From: Macrostomum lignano
Taxonomy: Eukaryota
Direction of reading: 5' to 3'
DNA: 64,000 nt
Assembly (NCBI GenBank): GCA_002269645.1
Contig: NIVC01001393.1
Span: 162,481 to 226,480, forward strand
The notes under the pieces are model-generated. The model was not told the DNA's origin. It did not search any database and saw only the letters and a list, made by a program, of their open reading frames with translations. This document shows, piece by piece, positions 47,720 through 61,789 of the stretch. Position 1 is the stretch's first letter; every line of letters begins with the position of its first letter. Made by a program: the position numbers and the translations under genes.

Positions 47720-50700
47720 TGGTGGGCACCCCTGTCTCTTGTTTGGGCTTCCCTGTCTCTTGGTGGGCGTCCCAGCTGTCTCTTGGTGGGCGTCCCAGCT
47801 GTCTCTTGGTGGGCTCCCCTGTCTCTTGGTGGGCTCCCCTGTCTCTTGGTGGGCTCCCCTGTCTCTTGGTGGGCTCCCCTGTCTCTTGGTGGGCTCCCCT
47901 GTCTCTTGGTGGGCTCCCCTGTCTTTTGGTGGGCTCCCCTGTCTCTTGGTGGGCTCCCCTGTCTCTTGGTGGGCTCCCCTGTCTCTTGGTGGGCTCCCCT
48001 GTCTCTTGGTGGGCTCCCCTGTCTTTTGGTGGGCTCCCCTGTCTCTTGGTGGGCTCCCCTGTCTCTTGGTGGGCTCCCCTGTCTCTTGGTGGGCTCCCCT
48101 GTCTCTTGGTGGGCTCCCCTGTCTCTTGGTGGGCGTCCCAGCTGTCTCTTGGTGGGCGTCCCAGCTGTCTCTTGGTGGGCACCCCAGCTGTCTCTTGGTG
48201 GGCGTCCCAGCTGTCTCTTGGTGGGCGTCCCAGCTGTCTCTTGGTGGGCACCCCAGCTGTCTCTTGGTGGGCGTCCCAGCTATCTCTTGGTGGGCGTCCC
48301 AGCTGTCTCTTGGTGGGCGTCCCAGCTGTCTCTTGGTGGGCGTCCCAGCTGTCTCTTGGTAGGCGTCCCAGCTGTCTCTTGGTGGGCGTCCCAGCTGTCT
48401 CTTGGTGGGCGTCCCAGCTGTCTCTTGGTAGGCGTCCCAGCTGTCTCTTGGTGGGCGTCCCAGCTGTCTCTTGGTGGGCGTCCCAGCTGTCTCTTGGTGG
48501 GCGTCCCAGCTGTCTCTTGGTGGGCGCCCCTGTCTCTTGGTGGGCGCCCCTGTCTTTTGGTGGGCTCCCCTGTCTCTTGGTGGGCTCCCCCTGTCTCTTG
48601 GTGGGCTCCCCTGTCTCTTGGTGGGCTCCACTGTCTCTTGGTGGGCTCCCCTGTCTCTTGGTGGGCTCCCCTGTCTCTTGGTGGGCTCCACTGTCTCTTG
48701 GTGGGCTCCCCTGTCTCTTGGTGGGCTCCCCTGTCTCTTGGTGGGCTCCCCTGTCTCTTGGTGGGCTCCCCTGTCTCTTGGTGGGCTCCCCTGTCTCTTG
48801 GTGGGCGCCCATGTCTCTTGGTGGGCGTGTCTCTTGGTGGGCGTGTCTCTTGTTTGGGCATCCCATCTGTCTCTTGGTGGGCTCCCCTGTCTCTTGGTGG
48901 GCGTCCCAGCTGTCTCTTGGTGGGCGTCCCAGCTGTCTCTTGGTGGGCGTCCCAGCTGTCTCTTGGTGGGCGTCCCAGCTGTCTCTTGGTGGGCGTCCCA
49001 GCTGTCTCTTGGTGGGCACCCCAGCTGTCTCTTGGTGGGCGTCCCAGCTGTCTCTTGGTGGGCGTCCCAGCTGTCTCTTGGTGGGCGTCCCAGCTGTCTC
49101 TTGGTGGGCGTCCCAGCTGTCTCTTGGTGGGCGTCCCAGCTGTCTCTTGGTGGGCGTCCCAGCTGTCTCTTGGTGGGCGTCCCAGCTGTCTCTTGGTGGG
49201 CGTCCCAGCTGTCTCTTGGTGGGCGTCCCAGCTGTCTCTTGGTAGGCGTCCCAGCTGTCTCTTGGTGGGCGTCCCAGCTGTCTCTTGGTGGGCGTCCCAG
49301 CTGTCTCTTGGTGGGCGTCCCAGCTGTCTCTTGGTGGGCGTCCCAGCTGTCTCTTGGTGGGCACCCCAGCTGTCTCTTGGTGGGCTCCCCTGTCTCTTGG
49401 TGGGCTCCCCTGTCTCTTGGTGGGCTCCACTGTCTCTTGGTGGGCTCCCCTGTCTCTTGGTGGGCTCCCCTGTCTCTTGGTGGGCTCCAATGTCTTTTGG
49501 TGGGCTCCCCTGTCTCTTAATGGGCTCCCCTGTCTCTTGGTGGGCTCCCCTGTCTCTTGGTGGGCTCCACTGTCTCTTGGTGGGCTCCCCTGTCTCTTGG
49601 TGGGCTCCCCTGTCTCTTGGTGGGCTCCCCTGTCTTTTGGTGGGCTCCCCTGTCTCTTGGTGGGCTCCCCTGTCTCTTGGTGGGCTCCCCTGTCTCTTGG
49701 TGGGCTCCCCTGTCTCTTGGTGGGCTCCCCTGTCTCTTGGTGGGCGCCCATGTCTCTTGGTGGGCGTGTCTCTTGGTGGGCGTGTCTCTTGTTTGGGCAT
49801 CCCATCTGTCTCTTGGTGGGCTCCCCTGTCTCTTGGTGGGCGTCCCAGCTGTCTCTTGGTGGGCGTCCCAGCTGTCTCTTGGTGGGCGTCCCAGCTGTCT
49901 CTTGGTGTGCACCCCAGCTGTCTCTTGGTGGGCGTCCCAGCTGTCTCTTGGTGGGCGTCCCAGCTGTCTCTTGGTGGGCGTCCCAGCTGTCTCTTGGTGG
50001 GCGTCCCAGCTGTCTCTTGGTGGGCGTCCCAGCTGTCTCTTGGTGGGCGTCCCAGCTGTCTCTTGGTGGGCGTCCCAGCTGTCTCTTGGTGGGCGTCCCA
50101 GCTGTCTCTTGGTGGGCGTCCCAGCTGTCTCTTGGTGGGCGTCCCAGCTGTCTCTTGGTGGGCGTCCCAGCTGTCTCTTGGTGGGCACCCCAGCTGTCTC
50201 TTGGTGGGCACCCCAGCTGTCTCTTGGTGGGCGTCCCAGCTGTCTCTTGGTGGGCGTCCCAGCTGTCTCTTGGTGGGCGTCCCAGCTGTCTCTTGGTAGG
50301 CGTCCCAGCTGTCTCTTGGTGGGCGTCCCAGCTGTCTCTTGGTGGGCGTCCCAGCTGTCTCTTGGTGGGCGTCCCAGCTGTCTCTTGGTGGGCGCCCCTG
50401 TCTCTTGGTGGGCGCCCCTGTCTCTTGGTGGGCGCCCCTGTCTTTTGGTGGGCTCCCCTGTCTCTTTGTGGGCTCCCCTGTCTCTTGGTGGGCTCCCCTG
50501 TCTCTTGGTGGGCTCCCCTGTCTCTTGGTGGGCTCCCCTGTCTCTTGGTGGGCTCCACTGTCTCTTGGTGGGCTCCCCTGTCTCTTGGTGGGCTCCCCTG
50601 TCTCTTGGTGGGCTCCCCTGTCTCTTGGTGGGCTCCCCTGTCTCTTGGTGGGCTCCCCTGTCTCTTGGTGGGCGCCCATGTCTCTTGGTGGGCGTGTCTC

Positions 50701-51905
50701 TTGGTGGGCGTGTCTCTTGTTTGGGCATCCCAGCTGTCTCTTGGTGGGCTCCGCTGTCTCTTGGTGGGCGTCCCAGCTGTCTCTTGGTGGGCGTCCCAGC
50801 TGTCTCTTGGTGGGCGCCCCTGTCTCTTGGTGGGCGTCCCAGCTGTCTCTTGGTGGGCGTCCCAGCTGTCTCTTGGTGGGCGTCCCAGCTGTCTCTTGGT
50901 GGGCACCCCTGCTGTCTCTTGGTGGGCGTCCCAGCTGTCTCTTGGTGGGCGTCCCAGCTGTCTCTTGGTGGGCGTCCCAGCTGTCTCTTGGTGGGCGTCC
51001 CAGCTGTCTCTTGGTGGGCGTCCCAGCTGTCTCTTGGTGGGCGTCCCAGCTGTCTCTTGGTGGGCGTCCCAGCTGTCTCTTGGTAGGCGTCCCAGCTGTC
51101 TCTTGGTGGGCGTCCCAGCTGTCTCTTGGTGGGCACCCCAGCTGTCTCTTGGTGGGCGTCCCAGCTGTCTCTTGGTGGGCGTCCCAGCTGTCTCTTGGTG
51201 GGCACCCCAGCTGTCTCTTGGTGGGCGTCCCAGCTGTCTCTTGGTGGGCGTCCCAGCTGTCTCTTGGTGGGCGTCCCAGCTGTCTCTTGGTGGGCGTCCC
51301 AGCTGTCTCTTGGTAGGCGTCCCAGCTGTCTCTTGGTGGGCGTCCCAGCTGTCTCTTGGTGGGCGTCCCAGCTGTCTCTTGGTGGGCGTCCCAGCTGTCT
51401 CTTGGTGGGCGTCCCAGCTGTCTCTTGGTGGGCGTCCCAGCTGTCTCTTGGTGGGCGTCCCAGCTGTCTCTTGGTGGGCGTCCCAGCTGTCTCTTGGTGG
51501 GCGTCCCAGCTGTCTCTTGGTGGGCGTCCCAGCTGTCTCTTGGTGGGCGTCCCAGCTGTCTCTTGGTGGGCGTCCCAGCTGTCTCTTGGTGGGCGTCCCA
51601 GCTGTCTCTTGGTGGGCGTCCCAGCTGTCTCTTGGTGGGCACCCCAGCTGTCTCTTGGTGGGCACCTTAGCTGTCTCTTGGTGGGCGTCCCAGCTGTCTC
51701 TTGGTGGGCGTCCCAGCTGTCTCTTGGTGGGCGTCCCAGCTGTCTCTTGGTGGGCGTCCCAGCTGTCTCTTGGTGGGCGTCCCAGCTGTCTCTTGGTGGG
51801 CGTCCCAGCTGTCTTTTGGTGGGCGTCCCAGCTGTCTCTTGGTGGGCGTCCCAGCTGTCTCTTGGTAGGCGTCCCAGCTGTCTCTTGGTAGGCGCCCCAG
51901 CTGTT
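47720..51905 (+). repeat. Compound minisatellite of 20-bp (CTGTCTCTTGGTGGGCTCCC) and 23-bp (CTGTCTCTTGGTGGGCGTCCCAG) blocks with about 0.93-kb higher-order period
   Basis: Marker variant GCGCCCATGTCTC...TTGTTTGGGCATCCC recurs at about 48810, 49750 and 50680. Confidence 0.95.
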
Positions 51906-53034
51906 TCTTGGAAAAGGCCAGTGGAGGCGGAAAAAGAATTGAGCTCCTCTCACTCGTCGAGATGAACTGCCTCTTTTATCTTGTTTTTTTGAGAAGCGCA
52001 ATTTTTATGCCGGTGGAATTTTAGTGGGGATGATTGTGATGGCCACACGGCCGCGACTGAATAGATGCAGAGCAGCAGCTGGACTAAATTTCTGGAAAAA
52101 AGATAGCGCAGTAAAAATTGTTTCAAAGACATTTCCTAAACGTCAGTTGCGCCAAGTATTGCGACGATGACCGCACATGGGGAGTTCAAGCGTTGGACAT
52201 TTGAAATTCTGAGTGTGTCAACAAGCCAGCCTGCGCACTTCATCATAAATGCCCCCAGCGTAGACCTCTGTCTCTGGAGACCATGGCAGGGCTGACAGGC
52301 TGAACCATACTCCCGGATAACTTATTGGTACCAGTTGCGACTTTAGCCGGGATCCTTGTCCCAATCCCGAACCTCGAGGTGCAAAGGTGGCGGAATGTGT
52401 CGGCTAGTCCGAATGCTGTCTCTCTTCTACCTATCTACTAATTTTATCTGTATCTGTGCAACTTGCGTGTAGAATTATAAGAAATTGCGTACATCAGACA
52501 TATAATTGGATTCGAAAATTTCGCGCGTCACTGGCCTATATGGCACTGTTGTCCTATTTTTTTCCTTTGATATCGGCCAAATGAAGCATGCAGAGTGGCT
52601 TAGAGATCCGAGTTCCGAGGGAAGTAAGTCAACTTCCGCGGCCAGTCCGCCCCCATCCGGTGGAAAATGCCAACTGGTTTCCGCATACGGCACCTTGCCG
52701 CTGCCTTCACTCTCCTTCTTTGCTCCCCGGGATCTTTCTGACGAATTTTCCGGTGGCCGAGAGAGGGAGAGAGCTGAGCGTAAACATCGGACCCAGTTTC
52801 TGCCGCATCCGCTCCGCTCCTCTGCCCTCGATCTTTCCCGATCTGCTTCCGTTTCTGTTTGTTGCTGCGGGACTGAAACCTCTTTTTCAATCATTTTCCA
52901 CCCGTCTGCACTTCTGCTTCTTCGGTGGAAAATTAAAAAAAAGTTGTTCCATCGCAAAAGATTATTCTGCTTTAAAGGGCCCGAATTTTATGGCCCTATA
53001 GGCTTCCAGTATTGACAGACAGTATTGGATTGGA

Positions 53035-53500
53035 CACCTGTGGATTAAGCTAAGGATACCTGTGTATTAAGCTAAGGACAACTGTGGATTAAGCTAAGGA
53101 CACCTGTGCATTAAGCTAAGGACAACTGTGGATTAAGCTAAGGACACATGTGCATTAAGCTAAGTACACCTGTGGATTAAGCTAAGGACACCTGTGGATT
53201 AAGCTAAGGACACCTGTGCATTAAGTTAAGGACACCTGTGGATTAAGCTAAGGACACCTGTGGATTAAGCTAAGGACACCTGTGGATTAATTAAGCTAAG
53301 GACACCTTTAGAGTAAGCTAATGGTAGGGCTGGCTACGGATACCTGTAGAGTAAGCTAATGGTAGGGCTGGCTACGGATACCTGTAGAGTAAGCTAATGG
53401 TAGGGCTGGCTACGGATACCTGTAGAGTAAGCTAATGGTAGGGCTGGCTACGGATACCTGTAGAGTAAGCTAATGGTAGGGCTGGCTACGGATACGTGTA
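53035..53500 (+). repeat. Two adjacent minisatellites: 22-bp (CACCTGTGGATTAAGCTAAGGA) and 38-bp (GAGTAAGCTAATGGTAGGGCTGGCTACGGATACCTGTA)
   Basis: About 12 and about 5 copies; they share TAAGCTAA and ACCTGT. Confidence 0.9.
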
Positions 53501-53954
53501 GAGTCTGTAGTAGAAGCAAGACAATTACTGAAATGATTACATTGAGCAAAAACGGTCGAATTCAGCCCCCCCCCCCCCCCCTACCGATTCGAGGCCGCTC
53601 TCCACTTTTGCTAAAGCTTCTCCTCTCATTCTTTCCCTATCAATCGAGTTCTTCCACTCTCTCTCCCCGCATCCTGGGAGAATTGGGCCGCTCATCTACA
53701 CACGCCTCCCAGCTTCATCTTTGGCCAGCTCAGACTCTCCCAGAGCTTAGAGAAGTGGGGGAATAGGGGAGCGGTGGGTAGAATCAGGGGAGATTATTGA
53801 CCCGAATGCTGTTTTCCCAGAGACGAAGAATCCGGTCGCTCTATATGAAAGTATGCATGGCTTCTGACTGCTTTGTGTCAAACCCATTGGCTGACCAGCG
53901 CTCCTGTCTTGCTGACAGCGTTTGCCCATTGCAGTTCGACTCTTAAGGGAGGAA

Positions 53955-55325
53955 GGAGCCTGAGGACAGGGAGAGAGGAGCTTGAGGGCAGGGAGAGAGG
54001 AGTCTGAGGACAGGGAGAGAGGAGCCTGAGGGCAGGGAGAGAGGAGTCTGAGGACAGGGAGAGAGGAGCCTGAGGGCAGGGAGAGAGGAGCTTGAGGATA
54101 GGGAGAGAGGAGCCTGAGGGCAGGGAGAGAGGAGCTTGAGGATAGGGAGAGAGGAGCCTGAGGGCAGGGAAAGAGGAGTCTGAGGGCAGGGAGAGAGGAG
54201 CTTGAGGGCAGGGAGAGAGGAGCCTGAGGGCAGGGAGAGAGGAGCTTGAGGGCAGGGAGAGAGGAGCCTGAGGGCAGGGAGAGAGGAGCCTGAGGGCAGG
54301 GAGAGAGGAGCTTGAGGGCAGGGAAAGGAGTCTGAGGACAGGGAGAGAGGAGCTTGAGGGCAGGGAGAGAGGAGCCTGAGGGCAGGGAGAGAGGAGCTTG
54401 AGGGCAGGGAAAGAGGAGTCTGAGGACAGGGAGAGAGGAGCTTGAGGGCAGGGAGAGAGGAGCCTGAGGGCAGGGAAAGAGGAGTCTGAGGGCAGGGAGA
54501 GAGGAGCCTGAGGGCAGGGAGAGAGGAGTCTGAGGACAGGGAGAGAGGAGCTTGAGGGCAGGGAGAGAGGAGTCTGAGGGCAGGGAGAGAGGAGCCTGAG
54601 GACAGGGAGAGAGGAGCCTGAGGGCAGGGAGAGAGGAGCTTGAGGGCAGGGAGAGAGGAGCCTGAGGGCAGGGAGAGAGGAGCTTGAGGGCAGGGAGAGA
54701 GGAGCTTGAGGGCAGGGAGAGAGGAGCCTGAGGGCAGGGAGAGAGGAGCCTGAGGGCAGGGAGAGAGGAGTCTGAGGACAGGGAGAGAGGATCTTGAGGG
54801 CAGGGAGAGAGGAGCCTGAGGGCAGGGAGAGAGGAGCCTGAGGACAGGGAGAGAGGAGCTTGAGGGCAGGGAGAGAGGAGCTTGAGGACAGGCAGAGAGG
54901 AGTCTGAGGACAGGGAGAGAGGAGCCTGAGGGCAGGGAGAGAGGAGCCTGAGGGCAGGGAGAGAGGAGCCTGAGGGCAGGGAGAGAGGAGCCTGAGGGCA
55001 GGGAGAGAGGAGCCTGAGGACAGGGAGAGAGGAGCCTGAGGGCAGGGAGAGAGGAGCCTGAGGGCAGGGAGAGAGGAGCCTGAGGGCAGGGAGAGAGGAG
55101 CCTGAGGGCAGGGAGAGAGAAGCCTGAGGGCAGGAAGAAAGGGGGCCTGAGGACAGGGAGAGAGGAGCCTGAGGACAGGGAGAGAGGAGCCTGAGGGCAG
55201 GGAGAGAGGAGCCTGAGGGCAGGGAGAGAGGAGCCTGAGGGCAGAGTGAGGGGAGCCTGAGGGCAGGGAGAGTAGAGCCTGAGGACAGGGAGAGAGAAGC
55301 CTGAGGACAGGGAGAGAGGAGCCTG
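53955..55325 (+). repeat. 22-bp purine-rich minisatellite (GAGCCTGAGGGCAGGGAGAGAG)
   Basis: About 60 copies. Confidence 0.95.
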
Positions 55326-56319
55326 AAAATATGCAATCCGGAACCAAAGATAAAAATCAAGGCATGCCATCGAAGCGGAAATTCTTCGAGTAGAGCCCGA
55401 ATCAAAGAATTAAGATGTCAAACGAACAAAACGAGCCAGCAAAGAAATTTTAGTGTTGAAAAGTCAAAGCCGAGCCAGTAATTGAATTGGTGAGTAAAAA
55501 ATGGGATTGAGTACTAGTCCGAGCTCTTCTCGCTGACCCTCGGCGACCCTCTGCGAGGCGGCATCTGAAGAGAAGATTGCTGCCTGAAAAAAAATTGAAA
55601 TTCAGCGACTTCGACGAAAGAAGTCAAGGCTGAGCGAGATGGGGAACCCGAGGAGGTCTGGGATCGGGGATCGGGGTGGTGGGGGGTGGGAGCGGGAGAT
55701 GAGACGACAAGGAGAGTTCGGCTAAAAATCGATTTTCTTGATGCTGGCCGGGCGTCTCCCTCCATCCGCTCCCTCCCCGGCAGTCCAGCGTGCCGATTGA
55801 GAATATAGGGGTGGGGGGGATTTCTATTCTCGAGTTCGAGACTCGGCCGCCCAGCGGCGACTCCCAATGTGTAATTATATTTGGCTCCCACTGTGCGCCT
55901 TCATTATCCACCACTGGCAGGCGGGATACTCGGGCATGGAGCCATGCAGAGGCCAGTGCAGGCAGATTCGAACAGAGTTTCACATGTTGCCGCAGTTCAT
56001 TCTCTGGCAAAATCAGAGATTCTTAGCGGGGGTTAAAATAAAAATAGAAGATCTAGACAGTACTATATAGGTGGCGAAATGTGCTGCTGAGTGTTAAAAA
56101 TAAAGAGGTTGATCAGCTGCGGATGGGGTTGGAGCGACCAGCGAATCCCAATTCGGCTTATTATTATCCCTCTGATCTGCTGTAATTCCCCTCGGAAAGT
56201 TTATTTGCCAGCCGCGAGTTCGAGTCCCTCTCCCCTGGGAGAGTGGAGCGTGGAGATCTAGAGCTGGATCTGGAGTGGCCATTCTTCCTCAAAAGCCCCA
56301 TTTTCAAACAAAATTAATA

Positions 56320-59155
56320 ACTGTTGGGAGTTGTCAGCCTAGAGCTGTCTGAGAATTGGGACTGTTGGGAGTTGTCAGCCTAAAGTTGTCTGAGAATTGG
56401 GACTGTTGGGAGTTGTCAGCCTAGAGCTGTCTGAGAATTGGGGCTGTTGGGAGTTGTCAGCCTAAAGTTGTCTGAGAATTGGGGCTGTTGGGAGTTGTCA
56501 GCCTAAAGTTGTCTGAGAATTGGGGCTGTTGGGAGTTGTCAGCCTAGAGCTGTCTGAGAATTGGGGCTGTTGGGAGTTGTCAGCCTAAAGTTGTCTGAGA
56601 ATTGGGGCTGTTGGGAGTTGTCAGCCTAGAGCTGTCTGAGAATTGGGGCTGTTGGGAGTTGTCAGCCTAAAGTTGTCTGAGAATTGGGGCTGTTGGGAGT
56701 TGTCAGCCTAAAGTTGTCTGAGAATTGGGGCTGTTGGAAGTTGTCAGCCTAAAGTTGTCTGAGAATTGGGGCTGTTGGGAGTTGTCAGCCTAGAGCTGTC
56801 TGAGAATTGGGGCTGTTGGGAGTTGTCAGCCTAAAGTTGTCTGAGAATTGGGGCTGTTGGGAGTTGTCAGCCTAAAGTTGTCTGAGAATTGGGGCTGTTG
56901 GGAGTTGTCAGCCTAAAATTGTCTGATAACTGAGACTGTTGGGAGTTGTCAGCCTAAAGTTGTCTGATAACTGAGGCTGTTGGGAGTTGTCAGCCTAAAG
57001 TTGTCTGATAACTGAGGCTGTTGGGAGTTGTCAGCCTAAAATTGTCTGATAACTGAGACTGTTGGGAGTTGTCAGCCTAAAGTTGTCTGAGAATTGGGGC
57101 TGTTGGGAGTTGTCAGCCTAGAGCTGTCTGAGAATTGGGGCTGTTGGGAGTTGTCAGCCTAAAGTTGTCTGAGAATTGGGGCTGTTGGGAGTTGTCAGCC
57201 TAAAGTTGTCTGAGAATTGGGGCTGTTGGGAGTTGTCAGCCTAAAATTGTCTGATAACTGAGGCTGTTGGGAGTTGTCAGCCTAAAGTTGTCTGAGAATT
57301 GGGGCTGTTGGGAGTTGTCAGCCTAAAGTTGTCTGAGAATTGAGGCTGTTGGAAGTTGTCAGCCTCAAGTTGTCTGAGAATTGAGACTGTTGGGAGTTGT
57401 CAGCCTAGAGCTGTCTGAGAATTGGGGCTGTTGGGAGTTGTCAGCCTAGAGCTGTCTGAGAATTGGGGCTGTTGGGAGTTGTCAGCCTAGAGCTGTCTGA
57501 GAATTGGGGCTGTTGGGAGTTGTCAGCCTAAAGTTGTCTGAGAATTGGGACTGTTGGGAGTTGTCAGCCTAAAGTTGTCTGAGAATTGGGGCTGTTGGGA
57601 GTTGTCAGCCTAAAGTTGTCTGAGAATTGAGGCTGTTGGAAGTTGTCAGCCTCAAGTTGTCTGAGAATTGAGACTGTTGGGAGTTGTCAGCCTAGAGCTG
57701 TCTGAGAATTGGGGCTGTTGGGAGTTGTCAGCCTAGAGCTGTCTGAGAATTGGGGCTGTTGGGAGTTGTCAGCCTAGAGCTGTCTGAGAATTGGGGCTGT
57801 TGGGAGTTGTCAGCCTAAAGTTGTCTGAGAATTGGGACTGTTGGGAGTTGTCAGCCTAAAGTTGTCTGAGAATTGGGGCTGTTGGGAGTTGTCAGCCTCA
57901 ACTTGTCTAAGAATTGAGGCTGTTGGGAGTTGTCAGCCTAAAGTTGTCTGAGAATTGGGGCTGTTGGGAGTTGTCAGCCTAAAGTTGTCTGAGAATTGGG
58001 GCTGTTGGGAGTTGTCAGCCTAAAGTTGTCTGATAACTGAGGCTGTTGGGAGTTGTCAGCCTAAAGTTGTCTGATAACCGAGGCTGTTGGGAGTTGTCAG
58101 CCTAAAATTGTCTGATAACTGAGACTGTTGGGAGTTGTCAGCCTAAAGTTGTCTGATAACCGAGGCTGTTGGGAGTTGTCAGCCTAAAATTGTCTGATAA
58201 CTGAGACTGTTGGGAGTTGTCAGCCTAAAGTTGTCTGATAACTGAGGCTGTTGGGAGTTGTCAGCCTAAAATTGTCTGATAACTGAGACTGTTGGGAGTT
58301 GTCAGCCTAAAGTTGTCTGAGAATTGAGGCTGTTGGAAGTTGTCAGCCTCAAGTTGTCTGAGAATTGAGACTGTTGGGAGTTGTCAGCCTAGAGCTGTCT
58401 GAGAATTGGGGCTGTTGGGAGTTGTCAGCCTAGAGCTGTCTGAGAATTGGGGACTGTTGGAGTTGTCAGTTGTCTGAGAATTGGGACTGTTGGAGTTGTC
58501 AGCCTAAAGTTGTCTGAGAATTGGGACTGTTGGGAGTTGTCATCCTAAAGTTGTCTGATAACCGAGGCTGTTGGGAGTTGTCAGCCTAAAATTGTCTGAT
58601 ACTGAGACTGTTGGGAGTTGTCAGCCTAAAGTTGTCTGATAACTGTGAGACTGTTGGGAGTTGTCAGCCTAAAGTTGTCTGATAACTGAGGCTGTTGGAG
58701 TTGTCAGCCTAAAATTGTCTGATAACTGAGACTGTTGGGAGTTGTTCAGCCTAAAGTTGTCTGATAACTGAGGCTGTTGGGAGTTGTCAGCCTAAAATTG
58801 TCTGATAACTGAGGCTGTTTGGAGTTGTCAGCCTAAAGTTGTCTGAGAATTGGGGCTGTTGGGATTGTCAGCCTAAAGTTGTCTGATAACTGAGTACTTG
58901 TGGGAGTTGTCAGCCTAAAATTGTCTGATAACTGAGGTCTGTTGGAGTTGTCAGCTAAAATTGTCTGAGCCTAAAATTGTCTGATAACTGAGGCTGTTGG
59001 GAGTTGTCAGCCTAAAGTTGTCTGAGAATTGGGGCTGTTGGGAGTTGTCAGCCTAAAATTGTCTGATAACTGAGACTGTTGGGAGTTGTCAGCCTAAAAT
59101 TGTCTGATAACTGAGACTGTTGGGAGTTGTCAGCCTAAAGTTGTCTAGGAATTGG
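56320..59155 (+). repeat. 41-bp minisatellite (CTGTTGGGAGTTGTCAGCCTAAAGTTGTCTGAGAATTGGGG)
   Basis: About 69 copies; many 1-2-nt indels after about 58400. Confidence 0.95.
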
Positions 59156-59629
59156 GGCTTGGGAAAGAGTTGCCATTCCAGATCTAGAATTGTAGATCTC
59201 CATGGGTAGGAGAACCAGCCTCCTCTCTCCATCTCTCCGCTTCTCAGATTTCTCCGAAATTCGTCCCCAAAGCCGCAGTGGGCCTGCGGAGGGGGAGTAT
59301 TTTGAAATTCCCGAACCCTAACTATCTTATCCCTCGCTCATTCGTGCAACTCGAACGAGTGCGGCTCAGTAAATGAATCGATTCGAAAACTTTTGCGGCG
59401 TCACGCTGGGAATTATGATGATGGGAGCGCGTGGAAGGCTCACCGGGGCCGATATGGGACCCAACCACCCCCCGCTGGGTGCCGCTGGTGGTGGCTGGTT
59501 CCACCGGGCTGAAGGAGCGTGACTCGAACTAATTATGTGTTTGCGGTTGTGCACAGCTGCTGGATTCTCAGGGACTGCTTTCTGATGCATGAGTAAGGGG
59601 AAGTGAGCCTAATTGACTGCTTACTTGGC

Positions 59630-59838
59630 TGACAATTGGGACTACTGAGTAGAGTGACAATTGGGACTACTGAATAGAGTGACAATTGAGACTACTGAAT
59701 AGAGTGACAATTGGGACTGTTAAATAGAGTGACAATTGGGACTACTGAGTAGAGTGACAATTGGGACTGTTAAATAGAGTGACAATTGGGACTACTGAGT
59801 AGAGTGACAATTGGGACTACTGAATGGAGTGACAATTG
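59630..59838 (+). repeat. 25-bp minisatellite (AGAGTGACAATTGGGACTACTGAGT)
   Basis: About 8 copies. Confidence 0.9.
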
Positions 59839-60378
59839 GAAGTCGAAAAATTTTTGTGCAATAAATTTCCTCAGAAAGCTGGAAGCCAAATAAACTTCGG
59901 ATATTTTTCCATTTTCGAATTATTTTCTAAAGCTACATGCACTTTTACAAATGCGCATGGGCTGAGGGCCCTCGAGCCCCCAGCGATCTGTCGCGGTCAA
60001 AGCGCTTCTGGCTCCGCTCGCTCATTTTAAAAGAAAATCGCCATGGGACGATTCCTTCCCAGATCCTCAGCAGCCAATGCCCTTAGGGATTAGACATGCT
60101 AAAGGATGTCTCCAACAGCTTTGATGTCAACTTTATCTATTTATTTCCATCGAGGGTTTTTAACAGATTGGGCATGGAATCTCTGTAATGAGATTAGTCT
60201 AAATCATGTTTCACAGGCTCCTCAAGGGTCATTTTCCCCGATAATGACCTCAAATTGAATTGAGATGCAACCAGAAGTTCCTCGTTGGAAATTCGGAAAA
60301 ATTTCTGTGTCATCATTTTAAACTGGCCCAACTGTTGCATTGTCCGGCAAAGTTGTTGCAAAAATAAGCTCTGTCTAT

Positions 60379-60978
<600 letters not shown>

Positions 60979-61789
60979 GGGTTTCAAAGAACAAGATTGA
61001 CTGCCGCACCAGTTATTCGGGGTCGCGGGCCCTCCCGTCTCCCAGCCACTCAGTCTGACACTTGACAAAAGGGCAAAAGTTGGATTTCAGTTTTCGCCTC
61101 CCGTAGATTTATTATTTGACAGATGGCAAAGGATTAAGGGATGCAAAAGCAGAACCTTTTACGGTGCCCGAGGCTGCACTGGTTAAGAGAGCATCTCCCG
61201 CCTGCAATCGGAGAGATTGGCGTGTAAAAATTGACAAGGTTTTCCTGTACACGCAAGATAAGGCAGCAGCAGCAAGCAGCGCGAATCCAATAAACTGCGG
61301 CTAATGCGCAGGAGACGGCAAAGGAGGCCCCAGGCAGCTCTTACCACCTGTTGGTCCGCCCTGTTCATGGAGGGTCCGCTCTTGCGGCCATGCAAGCTTG
61401 CAGGCTGGTTGGGATGGCGAGAGAGGAAGAATGATTTTCTTGCAGAAGATAAGCCAGCTGCTGCTGCTGCTGCTGCTGCTGCAAAAACCTGTGCGGATGT
61501 TTTGGAAGAAGGGTCGCTTTGGTTTCAGCTTTCTAATTAAAATCAACGTACATCGATGCACCTGTAGATATTGAACCGAAATTCACTGTCACTATTTTTA
61601 GCTGTATAAAGTAGGCCACTCTGCATGTAATGTCTGTTTGATATTGCTGCGGAATCTGCTTCTGGTAAACCTTGGAATGTCCTTAGGAATGTGTTTCGCC
61701 TGAGAAGTTATGTGAGTCCTTAGGGAGGGGGTGTACGAGCTTTGAAGCTAAGGAATGCTTAGGTTTTAAGGTAGTGGATGTCACGGGGA

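Noticed and set aside
47589-52001. Very long ORFs (up to 1470 aa) on both strands
   Set aside because: They are translations of a stop-free 20/23-bp minisatellite in several frames, with no unique domain.
52290-52350. Nin-domain-like SINE segment (GATAAC...GTACCAGTTG)
   Set aside because: Short, weak resemblance from memory and no convincing pol III head.
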